Below the pieces are notes generated by a model. The model was not told where the DNA came from. It saw only the letters and a program-made list of their open reading frames with translations, and searched no databases. Of a DNA stretch of 64,000 nt, positions 1-10,813 are shown piece by piece; position 1 is the first letter of the stretch; each line of letters starts with the position of its first letter. Source of the stretch: a virus (taxonomy: Duplodnaviria; Heunggongvirae; Uroviricota; Caudoviricetes); IMG/VR virus record IMGVR_UViG_3300010234_000001, positions 114,612 through 178,611 of that record, one strand, 5' to 3'. Made by a program: the position numbers and the translations under genes.

Positions 1-4
1 ATCG

Positions 5-1528
5 GTGCCTGAACTTAGAATAACAAAAATAGATGAAGTTGTAGTCAAAATAGAAGCTGATGAAGAACATATCATCCGTGAAATAAAGTCTTACTTTACA
101 TACAAGAATCCTAATGCCGATTATATAAAAAAACAATTGAAGCTTAAGGATATTGAATGGGATGGTAAAATACAATTATTTGATGGGCGTGGAAACAGGT
201 TCTTCATCGGCATACTACCAAGACTATTGAAATGGGCCAAATCTAAAAAATATACTGTAAAGTCCAACTTCCAGTTACCCAAGACTGATTTTTCGGTTTT
301 GGAATCGTATGACTTCATCCAGAGCTTGAATATTGATAAAGATAAGCGGGACTACCAGATGATTGGCTTTATCAACGCCATTCGGAAACACCGCTGCATC
401 TTAAAGTCCCCCACTGCCAGCGGCAAGTCTCTCATGATATATTACATCATCAGAAAACTCTTGCAATCCGGCATGAAAGGGGTTATAATCGTGCCGACCG
501 TGGCACTTGTGGAACAAATGTTCACGGACTTTGAGGATTATGCTCAAAACGATGACGACTTTGACGTACTGGAAAATTGTCATAGGATTTATTCCGGACA
601 TGATAAATTTCTCCGTAAAAATGTTGTTATTACAACTTGGCAATCCGTTCATGATTTACCCAAAAAGTATTTCAACGATTTCCAATTTGTTATTGGCGAT
701 GAAGCGCATGAATTCACTGCTAAGAGTCTGATCAAGACGATGCGCAAGCTAAGCAACGCTAAATACCGTATCGGCACAACCGGAACGGTACAAAGCGCCG
801 AAGTGCACAAGCTTGTTCTAGAGTCTCTGTTTGGACCGATCATCAGTCTTACCACAACCAAGAAATTAATTGAACGTGACATTTTGTCGCAGTTTGAGAT
901 TGTGGCTATGCGTATCAACCATCCGGAAGTTAATCGGAAGGCTTGCTACCGTGCCGCGTATCCAACCGAAATTAACTACTTGATTGAAAATGATGATCGG
1001 AATCGCATGTTATGCAACCTAGCAAGAACGCTCAAGGGTAACACTTTGATGTTGTTCCGTTTTATCAAGCATGGGAAAGAACTTCTTGACCAGCTTGGTA
1101 AAGTGCTTCCCCCCGAAAGGGAAATATATTACATTTCCGGTGAAACGGATGTGGAAATTAGGGAACAAATTAGAAAAGCTTTGGAAGGCCACAGTAACGC
1201 CGTGCTTGTTGCAAGTTATGGCACCTTCTCTCGCGGTTCCAATGTTCGTAATTTAACGAACCTAATTTTCACTAGTCCTATCAAGTCGGAAATAAAGACG
1301 CTACAGTCAATTGGTAGAGTCTTGAGGAAACACGAGAACAAGACCAAATCATACCTATGGGATATTGGTGATGATCTAAGCTACTCTAGCTGGAACAATC
1401 ATTCACTAAATCACTTCAAAGAGCGAATCAAGATATATTCCAGTGAGCAGTTTAATTTCAACATATATGATTTTAAATTACCACGAGTCAATAACAAGAA
1501 GACATTATCTCGTCTAACAAGTCAATGA
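5..1528 (+). CDS. SF2 DEAD/DEAH-box helicase (UvsW-like); N-terminus probably lies upstream of the window
   Basis: Walker-A-like SPTASGKS, DEAH-like GDEAHE, helicase C-terminal motifs (TGT, QSIGRVLR). ORF abuts the window edge and starts on GTG. Confidence 0.6.
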   Translation: MPELRITKIDEVVVKIEADEEHIIREIKSYFTYKNPNADYIKKQLKLKDIEWDGKIQLFDGRGNRFFIGILPRLLKWAKSKKYTVKSNFQLPKTDFSVLESYDFIQSLNIDKDKRDYQMIGFINAIRKHRCILKSPTASGKSLMIYYIIRKLLQSGMKGVIIVPTVALVEQMFTDFEDYAQNDDDFDVLENCHRIYSGHDKFLRKNVVITTWQSVHDLPKKYFNDFQFVIGDEAHEFTAKSLIKTMRKLSNAKYRIGTTGTVQSAEVHKLVLESLFGPIISLTTTKKLIERDILSQFEIVAMRINHPEVNRKACYRAAYPTEINYLIENDDRNRMLCNLARTLKGNTLMLFRFIKHGKELLDQLGKVLPPEREIYYISGETDVEIREQIRKALEGHSNAVLVASYGTFSRGSNVRNLTNLIFTSPIKSEIKTLQSIGRVLRKHENKTKSYLWDIGDDLSYSSWNNHSLNHFKERIKIYSSEQFNFNIYDFKLPRVNNKKTLSRLTSQ

Positions 1529-1595
1529 TTAAGTAATTAACAAATTAGTAATATACTTATTCGCTGACACTCTATTATAACTAGCGGCGAGCCAT

Positions 1596-2132
1596 TTGTC
1601 AAGTCCAAGTCGGAGACCAGAATTGCAGAAAACTGCCAAAGAGCATTATGTAGACAATAAAAAATTTTACGAATCGATCATGGAGCATCGAAAAAAGGTG
1701 GCGGAAGCCGAAAAAAAAGGCACGGAACCACCCCGCATGTCGGAATACATAGGGGAATGTATACTTAAGATTGCACAAAGGCTGACATACCACCGATACT
1801 ATATTAATTACTCGGAACACTACAAAGAGGAAATGATCAGCGACGGGATTGAGAACTGCATTCAGTATTTTGATCGGTTCAATCCGGAGAAGAGCAAGAA
1901 CCCATTCGCTTATTTTACACAAATAATTTGGTTCGCTTTCAGACGAAGAATCATGAAAGAACAAAAGCTTAGGTACACGATGTACAAGAATGCTGAAAAA
2001 TTTATGACGGAAAATGGGGATGGGGAGTTGATTCAGATGCCAATGTATGATAATATACAGGACTTCATAGCCTCATACGAGGAACGGGAGCAAGAAAAAA
2101 AGGATAAAAAGAAGAATGCAAACAAATCGTGA
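1596..2132 (+). CDS. 55: late-transcription sigma factor, T4 gp55 homologue
   Basis: Recalled alignment to T4 gp55 (PFAYFTQIIWFAFRRRIMKEQK vs [22 protein letters not shown]). Same position relative to genes 47/46 as in T4. TTG start. Confidence 0.7.
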   Translation: MSSPSRRPELQKTAKEHYVDNKKFYESIMEHRKKVAEAEKKGTEPPRMSEYIGECILKIAQRLTYHRYYINYSEHYKEEMISDGIENCIQYFDRFNPEKSKNPFAYFTQIIWFAFRRRIMKEQKLRYTMYKNAEKFMTENGDGELIQMPMYDNIQDFIASYEEREQEKKDKKKNANKS

Positions 2133-2313
2133 GCGAGTCATTCCGGAAGCCGTCAAGTCGATGGTGAAGGACTTGCATAGGAAACAAGACCCGGTACACA
2201 TTCGGGAAAATTATAAGACCAGACTTAAAGACTTGGTTGAATATATCGAAGAAGAAATTCTAAAATTTGACATCGACACTGGTGTCATCAAACCATGGGA
2301 TGTAAAGAAATGA
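2116..2313 (+). CDS. hypothetical protein
   Basis: 65-aa ORF with no recognisable motifs. Confidence 0.3.
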   Translation: MQTNRERVIPEAVKSMVKDLHRKQDPVHIRENYKTRLKDLVEYIEEEILKFDIDTGVIKPWDVKK

Positions 2314-2531
2314 GACCAAAGGTAATTTGCGAATTTTTTCGCACGGTAGATTCAAAGACATACCAGCCAATGATTCAATATCAATTAAAGCTATTGGATG
2401 AGAACGGTCATGTTATTGATCGCGGAGAACCAATGGATGTTTATAGATTGGATGTGCTGGAAACTATTAAGAGTGAGAATGGAAAATCTTTAGCAATGCC
2501 TAACACAATTGAATTGGTTGTGAAACCTTAA
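2295..2531 (+). CDS. hypothetical protein
   Basis: 78-aa ORF whose stop overlaps the gp47 start. Confidence 0.35.
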   Translation: MGCKEMRPKVICEFFRTVDSKTYQPMIQYQLKLLDENGHVIDRGEPMDVYRLDVLETIKSENGKSLAMPNTIELVVKP

Positions 2532-3607
2532 TGAAGATAGCTCTAATAACTGACCAGCATTATGGCGTCAGGGCGGATAGCAAAGCTTTCCTCGATTATT
2601 ACGAAAAGTTTAACAAAGTTATATTTGATAGACTGGCGGAAGGTGACATAGATCATGTGATGCTCTTGGGTGATCTTTTTGACCGTCGCAAGAACATCAA
2701 CTTCTATACGCTGAATCGATGCAAGCGCGATTTTCTTGATCCGCTAGCCAAGACCGGACTTCCCGTTGATATAATAGTGGGAAACCATGATGCGTATTTC
2801 AAGAACACGAATCGCATTAATGCCGTTGAAGAGTTGTTGCATGGGTATGAATTCTCCGTCTGGACCGGTCCCAAGACGGTGAATGTTGGAAACGTGCCCG
2901 TTTTATTGCTTCCATGGATATGCGAGGACAACCGGGAAGCTACACTAAAAGAAATCAAAAAAACATCCGCCAAGGTATGTTTCGGCCACCTTGAACTGCA
3001 AGGTTTTGACATGCACAAGGGGCTGAAGGCGATGGATGGGGATAAGCAGACCCTGTTCGCCAAATTTGACGTGGTAGCTTCCGGTCACTTCCATACGCGA
3101 TCCTCCAAAGGCAATATCGAATATATTGGTGCCGCATACGAGCAGTCATGGTCGGACTATGGCGACCCAAGGGGTTTCTCGATATTCGACACGAAAACCA
3201 ACAAGATGGAGTTTATCGAAAATCCGCACAGTATTTATCGTATGATCAGCTACAACGATGAATTCGAATCGGACTTGACAAGCGACATGAAAAGTGATAT
3301 GTTTGCTCGCTTCAAGGACACGTATGTCAAGGTGTTGGTGTTGAAACGGGAGAATGAAGAACTTTTCGACCGATTTGTGCAGACGCTAACCAAAGCGGAG
3401 CCGCACGACATTACAATCATAGAGTCCGAATTGGCGTATCTGGAAGGGGATGACGACGAAATTGAAAATGTTGAGGATACGATTACCATTCTAAACCAAT
3501 ATATAGAAGGACTGACGACGGATTTGAGTCATCAGAAGATTATGAAATTTATGCAAGAAGTTTACGCAGAATCACTAGAATTGGAGAAGTCATATGCCAA
3601 CGGATGA
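2531..3607 (+). CDS. 47: recombination endonuclease subunit gp47 (Mre11/SbcD-like metallophosphoesterase)
   Basis: N-terminal DQHYG and GNHD phosphoesterase motifs. About 358 aa. Sits next to the Rad50-like gene as in T4. Confidence 0.8.
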   Translation: MKIALITDQHYGVRADSKAFLDYYEKFNKVIFDRLAEGDIDHVMLLGDLFDRRKNINFYTLNRCKRDFLDPLAKTGLPVDIIVGNHDAYFKNTNRINAVEELLHGYEFSVWTGPKTVNVGNVPVLLLPWICEDNREATLKEIKKTSAKVCFGHLELQGFDMHKGLKAMDGDKQTLFAKFDVVASGHFHTRSSKGNIEYIGAAYEQSWSDYGDPRGFSIFDTKTNKMEFIENPHSIYRMISYNDEFESDLTSDMKSDMFARFKDTYVKVLVLKRENEELFDRFVQTLTKAEPHDITIIESELAYLEGDDDEIENVEDTITILNQYIEGLTTDLSHQKIMKFMQEVYAESLELEKSYANG

Positions 3608-3766
3608 AGAAGCTAATATTGAAGGGCAGATACACAAATTGATCAAGCGGGGTTATATACCGCCATTGAGTAGCGCGGATAACATAGACAAGGTTGTCGA
3701 TCACGTTATCAAGAAACGAAAAGATTCTAAAAGAATTCCCGCCAACAACAGGTTAGGATACGAATA

Positions 3767-4036
3767 ATGGTAGAAGAAACAGACCTGAAGATTATATCGC
3801 GCGAACTTGCCAAGGGGTATCTCATGGCGCTCGCATATAAGATCAATAAAGAGGATGGCACCGATTTTAACGTCGAGGAAGAGGCGGAATTATTTCTTTC
3901 GCTTGCCGAAGACGAAGATGTGTTTGCCGTGGATGAAAATGGTGAAGTTTACCTTGGTTCATATGAATTTGAACCGGATGAAGCAGAAGAGGATAATGAA
4001 GAAGATGTGTCGGATAACGAAAAAACCGTGGGGTAA
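3767..4036 (+). CDS. hypothetical acidic protein
   Basis: 89 aa, highly acidic (D/E-rich) C-terminus. Confidence 0.35.
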   Translation: MVEETDLKIISRELAKGYLMALAYKINKEDGTDFNVEEEAELFLSLAEDEDVFAVDENGEVYLGSYEFEPDEAEEDNEEDVSDNEKTVG

Positions 4037-4379
4037 CTATCAGATACTGGACGAGGATGATGGGTATAAAGTAAAGCGATTGGAAATTTGGCCGGGGCAT
4101 AAAACGTCCCTGCAATCCCATAAACACAGGCAAGAATTTTGGACCGTAGTGTCGGGAATACTTACTTACGTGAGCTATAGCGATCATTACTATGCCTCAC
4201 ACGAAGAAAAAGACCTTAGTCTTGGTAACACGGTGTCAATTTATAAAGAATTCAAGCACAGAATAATCAATGATGGAAAAATTCCGCTGGTTATTATAGA
4301 GGTACAAGTGGGAGAATATTGTGGTGAAGATGATATCACAAGATACGAAGACGAATACGGACGACCAACCACCGCATGA
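3996..4379 (+). CDS. cupin-domain protein (mannose-6-phosphate-isomerase type-II-like cupin)
   Basis: Cupin motif PGHKTSLQSHKHRQEFWTVVSG. GAGGA Shine-Dalgarno immediately upstream of the ATG at 3996. The longer 3807-start ORF is an out-of-frame overlap with the acidic gene. Confidence 0.5.
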   Translation: MKKMCRITKKPWGNYQILDEDDGYKVKRLEIWPGHKTSLQSHKHRQEFWTVVSGILTYVSYSDHYYASHEEKDLSLGNTVSIYKEFKHRIINDGKIPLVIIEVQVGEYCGEDDITRYEDEYGRPTTA

Positions 4380-6109
4380 TAACATTTGAAATAATCCGGT
4401 TTAAGAACTTCTTAGGGTCCGGAAACGCATTTACGGAAATAGAATTAAATAAAAATAAGAGCGTGCTCATTCTCGGAAAAAATGGTTCCGGAAAGAGCAC
4501 GTTCATTGATGCTATACACTTCGCCCTATTCGGCACGGCCTTCCGCAAGATCAAGAAGGAAGGCATAATCAACACGGTCAATCAGAAAGCGACGTTGGTT
4601 GAAATAGAGTTTTCGACCAACGGCAAAGCGTATAAGATCGTGCGGGGCATCAAGCCAAACAAGTTTGAGATATGGTGCGAGGGAGTCCAGCTAGACCAGA
4701 AGTCCAATGCGCGGGATTCGCAGACGTTCTTGGAACAACATATTTTGAAGATGAACGCGAAGTCGTTCACGCAGATCGTTATACTCGGCTCCCGGTCCTT
4801 TGTTCCGTTCATGAAACTCACTGCGGGCGACAGACGAATTATCATCGAAGACCTGCTTGACATTCAAATTTTCTCCGTTATGAATAGCGTTGCCAAGCAG
4901 AAGCTAAAACACGTTAAACACGAGCTTGAAATTGAACATCACAACCTAAACGCTCAAAGGGAGATACAAAATCTTGCCAGCGGCACTCTGAAGAGACTCG
5001 AAGCGGACAACAAAGAGAAAATAGCCGAATTGGAAGTGGAGGCAAAAAAACAGCGTTTGCAAGTCATTGATTTTAAAGGGGAAATTTCGCGAATATCGCG
5101 TTTAATTGACGATTTAGAGGGTTTTATAGGGAATGATACCAAACTGCAAGAAAACAGGCAAAAACTTGCCATATTTCACTCCAAGGCGACGGACATTATC
5201 GCCAAATCGGGGGACGAAATCGAGTTTTATGACGGGCATGACGAATGTCCAACATGCCAGCAGCGCATTGACGAAAATTTCAAGCGGAACAAGAAAAATA
5301 CGCTAGAGGCAACCATTGCGGAACACCGTGCCAAGGTGGCGGAAGTCGAATCGGCGCAAAATAAAATCAAGAAAAAACTGGACGAGATTAAAAAAAATCA
5401 ATCGGAGCTTGACAAACACAATCAGGATATGCTAGGGTTCAAACACAATTTGCGAACCGTCACTTCGAAGTTGCAAGAGACGGAAGATGCAATCAAAGCC
5501 CTATCCGTGGAAAAGGATGGCAGCGCTATTGCCGACTCGCGCGAAAAAGCGGGGACGGCCGCAAGCCGGATAAAATCCATCAGCGACACGATTGACAAAC
5601 TGAATGATGACAAGGAGTATCTTGAGGCTATCACCGGCATGCTAAAGGATGATGGGATCAAGAGCCGCATAATAAAGAAGTATTTGCCGATCATCAACAA
5701 GCAGATCAACAAATACCTATCGGATATGAACTTCTTCGTCAACTTCAACATTGATGAAAACTTTGATGAAACTATCAAGGCTCGCCATCTAGATACATTC
5801 AGCTATCATAATTTCTCGGAAGGCGAGAGAATGAGGATTGACTTGTCTCTTCTATTCACATGGCGTGCCATTGCGAAGATGAAGAACAGCGTCAACACCA
5901 ACCTGCTTATCTTGGATGAAATTTTTGATAGCAGCTTGGATACGGATGGCACGGACGAATTCATGAACATCGTGAACGTGCTTAATCAAGAAGCGAAAAC
6001 AAATACGCTTATCATTTCCCATAAAGGGGAGCAACTGGCTGATAAATTTGAAAGAGTCATTCGCTTCAAGAAGGTGAAAGGCTACAGCCAAATGACAGGA
6101 GAAACATAA
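4376..6109 (+). CDS. 46: recombination endonuclease subunit gp46 (Rad50/SbcC-like ATPase)
   Basis: N-terminal Walker A (GKNGSGKST), long coiled-coil centre, C-terminal signature/Walker-B region (LLILDE). ATGA overlap with the upstream gene. Confidence 0.8.
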   Translation: MITFEIIRFKNFLGSGNAFTEIELNKNKSVLILGKNGSGKSTFIDAIHFALFGTAFRKIKKEGIINTVNQKATLVEIEFSTNGKAYKIVRGIKPNKFEIWCEGVQLDQKSNARDSQTFLEQHILKMNAKSFTQIVILGSRSFVPFMKLTAGDRRIIIEDLLDIQIFSVMNSVAKQKLKHVKHELEIEHHNLNAQREIQNLASGTLKRLEADNKEKIAELEVEAKKQRLQVIDFKGEISRISRLIDDLEGFIGNDTKLQENRQKLAIFHSKATDIIAKSGDEIEFYDGHDECPTCQQRIDENFKRNKKNTLEATIAEHRAKVAEVESAQNKIKKKLDEIKKNQSELDKHNQDMLGFKHNLRTVTSKLQETEDAIKALSVEKDGSAIADSREKAGTAASRIKSISDTIDKLNDDKEYLEAITGMLKDDGIKSRIIKKYLPIINKQINKYLSDMNFFVNFNIDENFDETIKARHLDTFSYHNFSEGERMRIDLSLLFTWRAIAKMKNSVNTNLLILDEIFDSSLDTDGTDEFMNIVNVLNQEAKTNTLIISHKGEQLADKFERVIRFKKVKGYSQMTGET

Positions 6110-6624
6110 TGAAATACGTAGCACTAATTACTGGCGGGTTTGATCCAATTCATGAGGGTCATATTGAAATGTTTAAAGTTGCCCATAATTCCGCGAGTCA
6201 TATGGTCAGCGAAAGTTTTGATGAATTTGCCGGAATCATTGTCGGACTAAATTCCGATGAATGGCTTATCAAAAAGAAAGGTTATGTATTCCAGAATTTT
6301 CAGGCCCGCCAAGCAATCATTCGACAACTGAAAGAGGTTATATCGGTTTTTCCATTTCCGGATGATGACGAAGGAACGGCGTCCGGGGCGATTGAAATTG
6401 CGAAGGAATGTTTTCCGGATTGCAGAATTGTGTTCTGCAATGGGGGCGACAGATCAACCGTGGAAGAAAACCCCGAATATGTAAAATACAAGGATGATCA
6501 TAGGCTTCGTTGGGCGTTCGCCGTTGGGGGGGCGGACAAGAAAAATAGTTCCAGCGAAATAGTGGATGACGTGATTCCCATGCTGAAGGAAATGGAAATG
6601 GAACGGGAACAGTACGAAAAATGA
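6109..6624 (+). CDS. cytidylyltransferase-like nucleotidyltransferase (HxGH family)
   Basis: GGFDPIHEGH motif typical of the CTP-transferase-like / adenylyltransferase fold. Confidence 0.5.
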   Translation: MKYVALITGGFDPIHEGHIEMFKVAHNSASHMVSESFDEFAGIIVGLNSDEWLIKKKGYVFQNFQARQAIIRQLKEVISVFPFPDDDEGTASGAIEIAKECFPDCRIVFCNGGDRSTVEENPEYVKYKDDHRLRWAFAVGGADKKNSSSEIVDDVIPMLKEMEMEREQYEK

Positions 6625-7202
6625 TTAATAAATGGGATATGCGCATGCTTGACCTTGCCAAGCTTGTTGCATCATGGTCAAAAGACCCGTCACGGCATGT
6701 GGGGGCTGTCATAGCCAGACCGGATCACTCAATTGTTTCGGTCGGCTATAACGGGTTTGCAAGGGGTGTGGAGGATAAGCCGGAACGGTACAACGAAAAA
6801 GCCGTAAAATACGAACTTGTCGTGCATGCGGAAATGAATGCAATCCTCGCGGCGAAAGAGCCATTGACAAATTGCGTTCTGTATTGTACACTCATGCCAT
6901 GCTCAAGATGTGCGGCCGGAATCATCAACTCCGGAATCAAAAAAGTTGTATGGCGGGAATCAAATTATGAAAAAGACCCGAAGAAAATTGACATTCATAA
7001 TTTTGATCTTACGTTGACCCAATTTGAAGAAGCGGGTATAGATGTTGTAACATATCATAACTCCATATCGGAACCGGATCATGGCACCGGATATGATCGA
7101 ATGCAACTGACTGAAATTGCCAGCATGAAAATCGGAGATTATTATGAACAAAATGGAACAAATTCAGCACCTTCTGCGCCGAAAAACATCCGGAAAATAT
7201 AG
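6621..7202 (+). CDS. cd: dCMP deaminase
   Basis: Zinc-binding HAE ... PCSRC cytidine/dCMP deaminase motifs. Confidence 0.75.
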   Translation: MINKWDMRMLDLAKLVASWSKDPSRHVGAVIARPDHSIVSVGYNGFARGVEDKPERYNEKAVKYELVVHAEMNAILAAKEPLTNCVLYCTLMPCSRCAAGIINSGIKKVVWRESNYEKDPKKIDIHNFDLTLTQFEEAGIDVVTYHNSISEPDHGTGYDRMQLTEIASMKIGDYYEQNGTNSAPSAPKNIRKI

Positions 7203-7546
7203 CGTTATCCGGGAAGTGATTGTCAGTCTGATGGAAATTGGACTGTTGCTTATCGGCGCGATAACGTTAGCGAAGACTTTGATGGGGATGTAATATGTAC
7301 GGTTTACGCGAAGCATTGTATCTGGTCAAAACAATACGGCCATGGTTGTTAGCCATTTTGGTTACGGTGATTTTCACGGCAGTATTCTTAACCTTATTGT
7401 TTATTGAACCGGTTTTTGCAGTATTATTTGTTTTTATAGTTATGGTGTTCGGTTTTGGATTATAAAAAAAATATCTTGAGCGGAGCAAAATAGCCGCGCA
7501 AGTTACATACATAGAAGAGTAACCCATGATTTAGGAGTGATCTTCT

Positions 7547-8359
7547 ATGATAGAAATGAAAGTGAATCTTGATGATTTGCGAAAGAATAAAATCTTTATT
7601 GCGACGCCAATGTATGGCGGTATGGCCCACGGATTATATATCAAATCGATCCTTGATTTAACGGCCAAATTAAATGCCCTAGGGGTGGAGAACAAGTGTA
7701 GTTTCCTGTTCAACGAATCCCTTATTACGCGGGCCAGAAATTACCTTGTTGATGAATTCCTGCGAACGGACTACACCCACCTTCTATTCATCGACTCGGA
7801 TATTCAGTTTGAAGTTGATGATGTTATTGCCCTCATTGCACTTGACAAAGAGATAATCGGGGCACCATATCCAAAAAAATCAATCAATTGGGGTAATGTC
7901 GCCAAAGCGGTTAGACAGGTTCCCGAAGATAAAAAAGATGAATTTAACGCCGGTTCGCTGGAAAGCGTGACGGGCGATTACGTATTCAATCCCGTTCCGG
8001 GAACAAAGAATTTTAGTGTCGCGGAACCGCTTGAGGTTCTGGAAATCGGCACCGGAATGATGCTTGTCCAACGCAAAGTATTTGACAAGTATCGGGATGA
8101 ATATCCACACACAAAGTATAAGCCGGATCATCTAGGTCAGGCGAACTTTGATGGATCGCGCATGATCCATGCGTACTTTGACACGGAAATTGATCCGGAA
8201 AGTCATCGATACCTATCGGAAGACTATTCGTTCTGCCAAAATTGGCGACGAATTGGTGGTTCCGTATGGTTGTGCCCATGGATGAAAACAACCCATATTG
8301 GAACGTATGGTTTCAAAGGGGATATGCCAGCCATTGCGCAGCTTACCGGATCAATTTGA
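7547..8359 (+). CDS. hypothetical protein (possible nucleotide-sugar transferase fold)
   Basis: 270 aa, no confident motif. Weak resemblance to GT-A proteins. Confidence 0.35.
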   Translation: MIEMKVNLDDLRKNKIFIATPMYGGMAHGLYIKSILDLTAKLNALGVENKCSFLFNESLITRARNYLVDEFLRTDYTHLLFIDSDIQFEVDDVIALIALDKEIIGAPYPKKSINWGNVAKAVRQVPEDKKDEFNAGSLESVTGDYVFNPVPGTKNFSVAEPLEVLEIGTGMMLVQRKVFDKYRDEYPHTKYKPDHLGQANFDGSRMIHAYFDTEIDPESHRYLSEDYSFCQNWRRIGGSVWLCPWMKTTHIGTYGFKGDMPAIAQLTGSI

Positions 8360-8425
8360 CATCCGGCAAAGGTTGATGTATAATACCGACCATATTTGAA
8401 ATACCATTTTAGGAGACGATTTAGT

Positions 8426-8929
8426 ATGAGTGAAAAGAATACCGGCCTTCGGTATGATGACGGCAAACTACGTTATGATTTAATGCCACCCGACGCTATC
8501 GAGGAAATTGTGCGCGTGTTTACAGTGGGCGCAAGAAAATATGCGGAGCGTAATTGGGAAAATGGAATGAAGTGGGGCAAATGTGCCGCCGCATTGGAGC
8601 GTCATCTTGCAAAATGGAAGAAAGGCGCTTCGCGGGATGAAGAATATCCCGAACTTTACCACATGGCTATGGTCGCATGGAACGCCATCGCGCTGCTCAC
8701 ATACGAGTTGCGCGATGTTGGCGAGAATGATATTATGGGAATACACCAAAGACCCCCGCCAATGGACAACGGATTCGTGCACGATTTTGTGTATGACGAT
8801 GATGATATTAAACCGGAAGACATAATCGGAAAATATTGGTATTCCGGAAAATATTATGATTCGGTGAATGAAATGGATGGGGAAACTGATGAAGAATTTT
8901 ATGTAGGAACACATTATGAAGCTAAGTAA
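8426..8929 (+). CDS. putative dATP/dGTP pyrophosphohydrolase-like protein (phage family with GKxRxDL / GARKY motifs)
   Basis: DDGKLRYDLMP and GARKYAERNW motifs recalled from the phage dNTP diphosphohydrolase N-terminal domain family. AGGAG Shine-Dalgarno before the ATG at 8426. Confidence 0.4.
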   Translation: MSEKNTGLRYDDGKLRYDLMPPDAIEEIVRVFTVGARKYAERNWENGMKWGKCAAALERHLAKWKKGASRDEEYPELYHMAMVAWNAIALLTYELRDVGENDIMGIHQRPPPMDNGFVHDFVYDDDDIKPEDIIGKYWYSGKYYDSVNEMDGETDEEFYVGTHYEAK

Positions 8930-9590
8930 ACAAACTTATGAAACACTAAGAAACTTTGCTGATATTTCCAGATGGGAAAATTCCTCGTTCGTGCTTCTTA
9001 AACCGGGGCACACGCAAGCAGTCATGAGTCACGAATTTGAAATCATGGCGATTGCCGAATGCGAGGAAGACTTTCCGGTGGAGTTTGCTATTTATGATGT
9101 TGGGCAGCTATTAAGCATCATCAACACAATGGATGATCCGGACTTGACATTCGATGAAGATGTTGTTACTATTACGGATGGTGATCTTGTTTTGAAGTAT
9201 AGGGGCTGCGTAAAAGAGCTTGGTATTGAGCCACCAAAGGTCAAAGTTGATGATCCAACCATAAGTTTTTCGCTTGACAAGCATACAATTAAAAAGTTGC
9301 TGACAATATCCAGCGGTCTTGATTTGGGATACTTTGTTCTCTCAAGCAGGGACAACAAACAGGTGTTGGAAGTGCGGGATATTGAAAGCGCCATTGCTAA
9401 TAGCGCAAAATTTCCCGTTGGCGAAGAAGAATCGGAAGACTTTGTGATGGTTTTTGAAACCCAACACTTTAAGATCATTCCGGACGATTATAAATTTGAA
9501 GTTGTCATTGGAACATTGATAAGACTTACGAATGAAGATACGGCAAGAACGTATTTGATTACGTGCCAAGACACTGATGACGACGATTAA
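8916..9590 (+). CDS. 45: sliding clamp gp45
   Basis: N-terminus MKLSKQTYETLRNFA matches T4 gp45 MKLSKDTTALLKNFA. About 224 aa. Adjacent to the clamp-loader gene. Confidence 0.8.
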   Translation: MKLSKQTYETLRNFADISRWENSSFVLLKPGHTQAVMSHEFEIMAIAECEEDFPVEFAIYDVGQLLSIINTMDDPDLTFDEDVVTITDGDLVLKYRGCVKELGIEPPKVKVDDPTISFSLDKHTIKKLLTISSGLDLGYFVLSSRDNKQVLEVRDIESAIANSAKFPVGEEESEDFVMVFETQHFKIIPDDYKFEVVIGTLIRLTNEDTARTYLITCQDTDDDD

Positions 9591-9607
9591 CATCATGAGG
9601 ATATATT

Positions 9608-10543
9608 ATGAAGAAATTCGCGTTGGTGGAAAAGTACCGACCAAAAACGGTTAAGGACTGCATTCTACCAAAACATTTAACTGATACATTCCAATCTTAT
9701 GTGGATGGCGGGGAGTTTCCCCACCTTCTTCTCGTAGGTCCGCCCGGCACCGGTAAAACTACCGTTGCCAGAGCTATGTGTGAAGAGATTGGGATGAATT
9801 ACCTCTTTCTGAATTCGAGCAAAGAGCGCGGCATTGACACCATGCGAATGAAGGTGTCTAGCTTCGCCGCTGCGAAGGGCCTTGACGGGCGTAGGAAAGC
9901 GGTAATTATGGACGAAGCTGACGGCATTACGCCCGAAGCGCAAGACGCATTGCGCGGCATCATGGAAACTTTCGAGGGTCATTGCGCGTTTATTTTAACG
10001 TGCAACTACGCGTCCAAACTGATTGAGGCGATCCATTCGCGGACCGCTAAAGTGGACTTTACCGTGAAAGAAGATGATAAGCTTACGCTACAACTACATT
10101 TCATTCGTCGTGTTGAGGAAATACTCAAAGCCGAAAAAGTGGAGTATGATAAAAAAGCGTTGGCGTATGTCGTTGCTTCGTTCTTTCCTGACTATCGTAA
10201 AATCTTAAACGAACTTCAGCAAATTTCAAGCAAAGGTCCAATCGATGCGGGTGTGGTTGCAAACCTCTCCGTCGATAAGAGATTTGACGACTTGTATTTT
10301 TACATCAAGAAGAAGAATTTTAACGAAGCCAGACGTTGGGCGGCGACCAATTCTCATATGATTGACGGAACTATCTATGGAAAAATGGAACGCACGCTGA
10401 TGGATGAATCGGATAGTTCCAGCATACCTCAAGTTGTTTATCTGCTTAATCAGCATCAATACCAAGCCGCCTTTGTTGCGGATCAGGAACTTAATTTCAT
10501 GTCGCTGGTTGTGCAGCTTATGTCGGAGGTACAATTTAAATGA
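9608..10543 (+). CDS. 44: clamp loader large subunit gp44 (RFC-like AAA+)
   Basis: KYRP ... LLLVGPPGTGKTT Walker A and DEAD-like MDEADG; T4 gp44-like. Confidence 0.8.
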   Translation: MKKFALVEKYRPKTVKDCILPKHLTDTFQSYVDGGEFPHLLLVGPPGTGKTTVARAMCEEIGMNYLFLNSSKERGIDTMRMKVSSFAAAKGLDGRRKAVIMDEADGITPEAQDALRGIMETFEGHCAFILTCNYASKLIEAIHSRTAKVDFTVKEDDKLTLQLHFIRRVEEILKAEKVEYDKKALAYVVASFFPDYRKILNELQQISSKGPIDAGVVANLSVDKRFDDLYFYIKKKNFNEARRWAATNSHMIDGTIYGKMERTLMDESDSSSIPQVVYLLNQHQYQAAFVADQELNFMSLVVQLMSEVQFK

Positions 10544-10612
10544 TGTGGAAGATTAAATGGAAAAAAATCCAAATATGGACCGGTTAATAACAGATCGTTC
10601 CTTATAGAACTT

Positions 10613-10813
10613 GTGGTTACAGGAAAGACGTATAAAGATATTGCCATTCTGACTCATGGAAAAAATGTCTATATGATCACGGATTATGTTCTATGGATCG
10701 AGGATGGAACCGGTGTGAAGTATATTATATATTCGCAAGGTAATACCGTGAAATCCCTTGATAAAGCAAAGAAACTTGTATTGGAGGAATATCAGAAGAA
10801 TCATGAAGTTTGA
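10613..10813 (+). CDS. hypothetical protein
   Basis: 66-aa ORF. Confidence 0.3.
   Translation: MVTGKTYKDIAILTHGKNVYMITDYVLWIEDGTGVKYIIYSQGNTVKSLDKAKKLVLEEYQKNHEV

Noticed and set aside
3807-4379. 190-aa ORF spanning the acidic-protein gene and the cupin gene
   Set aside because: Its N-terminal two-thirds is an out-of-frame overlap with ORF 3767-4036 and has no motifs. The cupin signature begins only after the internal ATG at 3996, which has a good Shine-Dalgarno. I therefore called 3996-4379.
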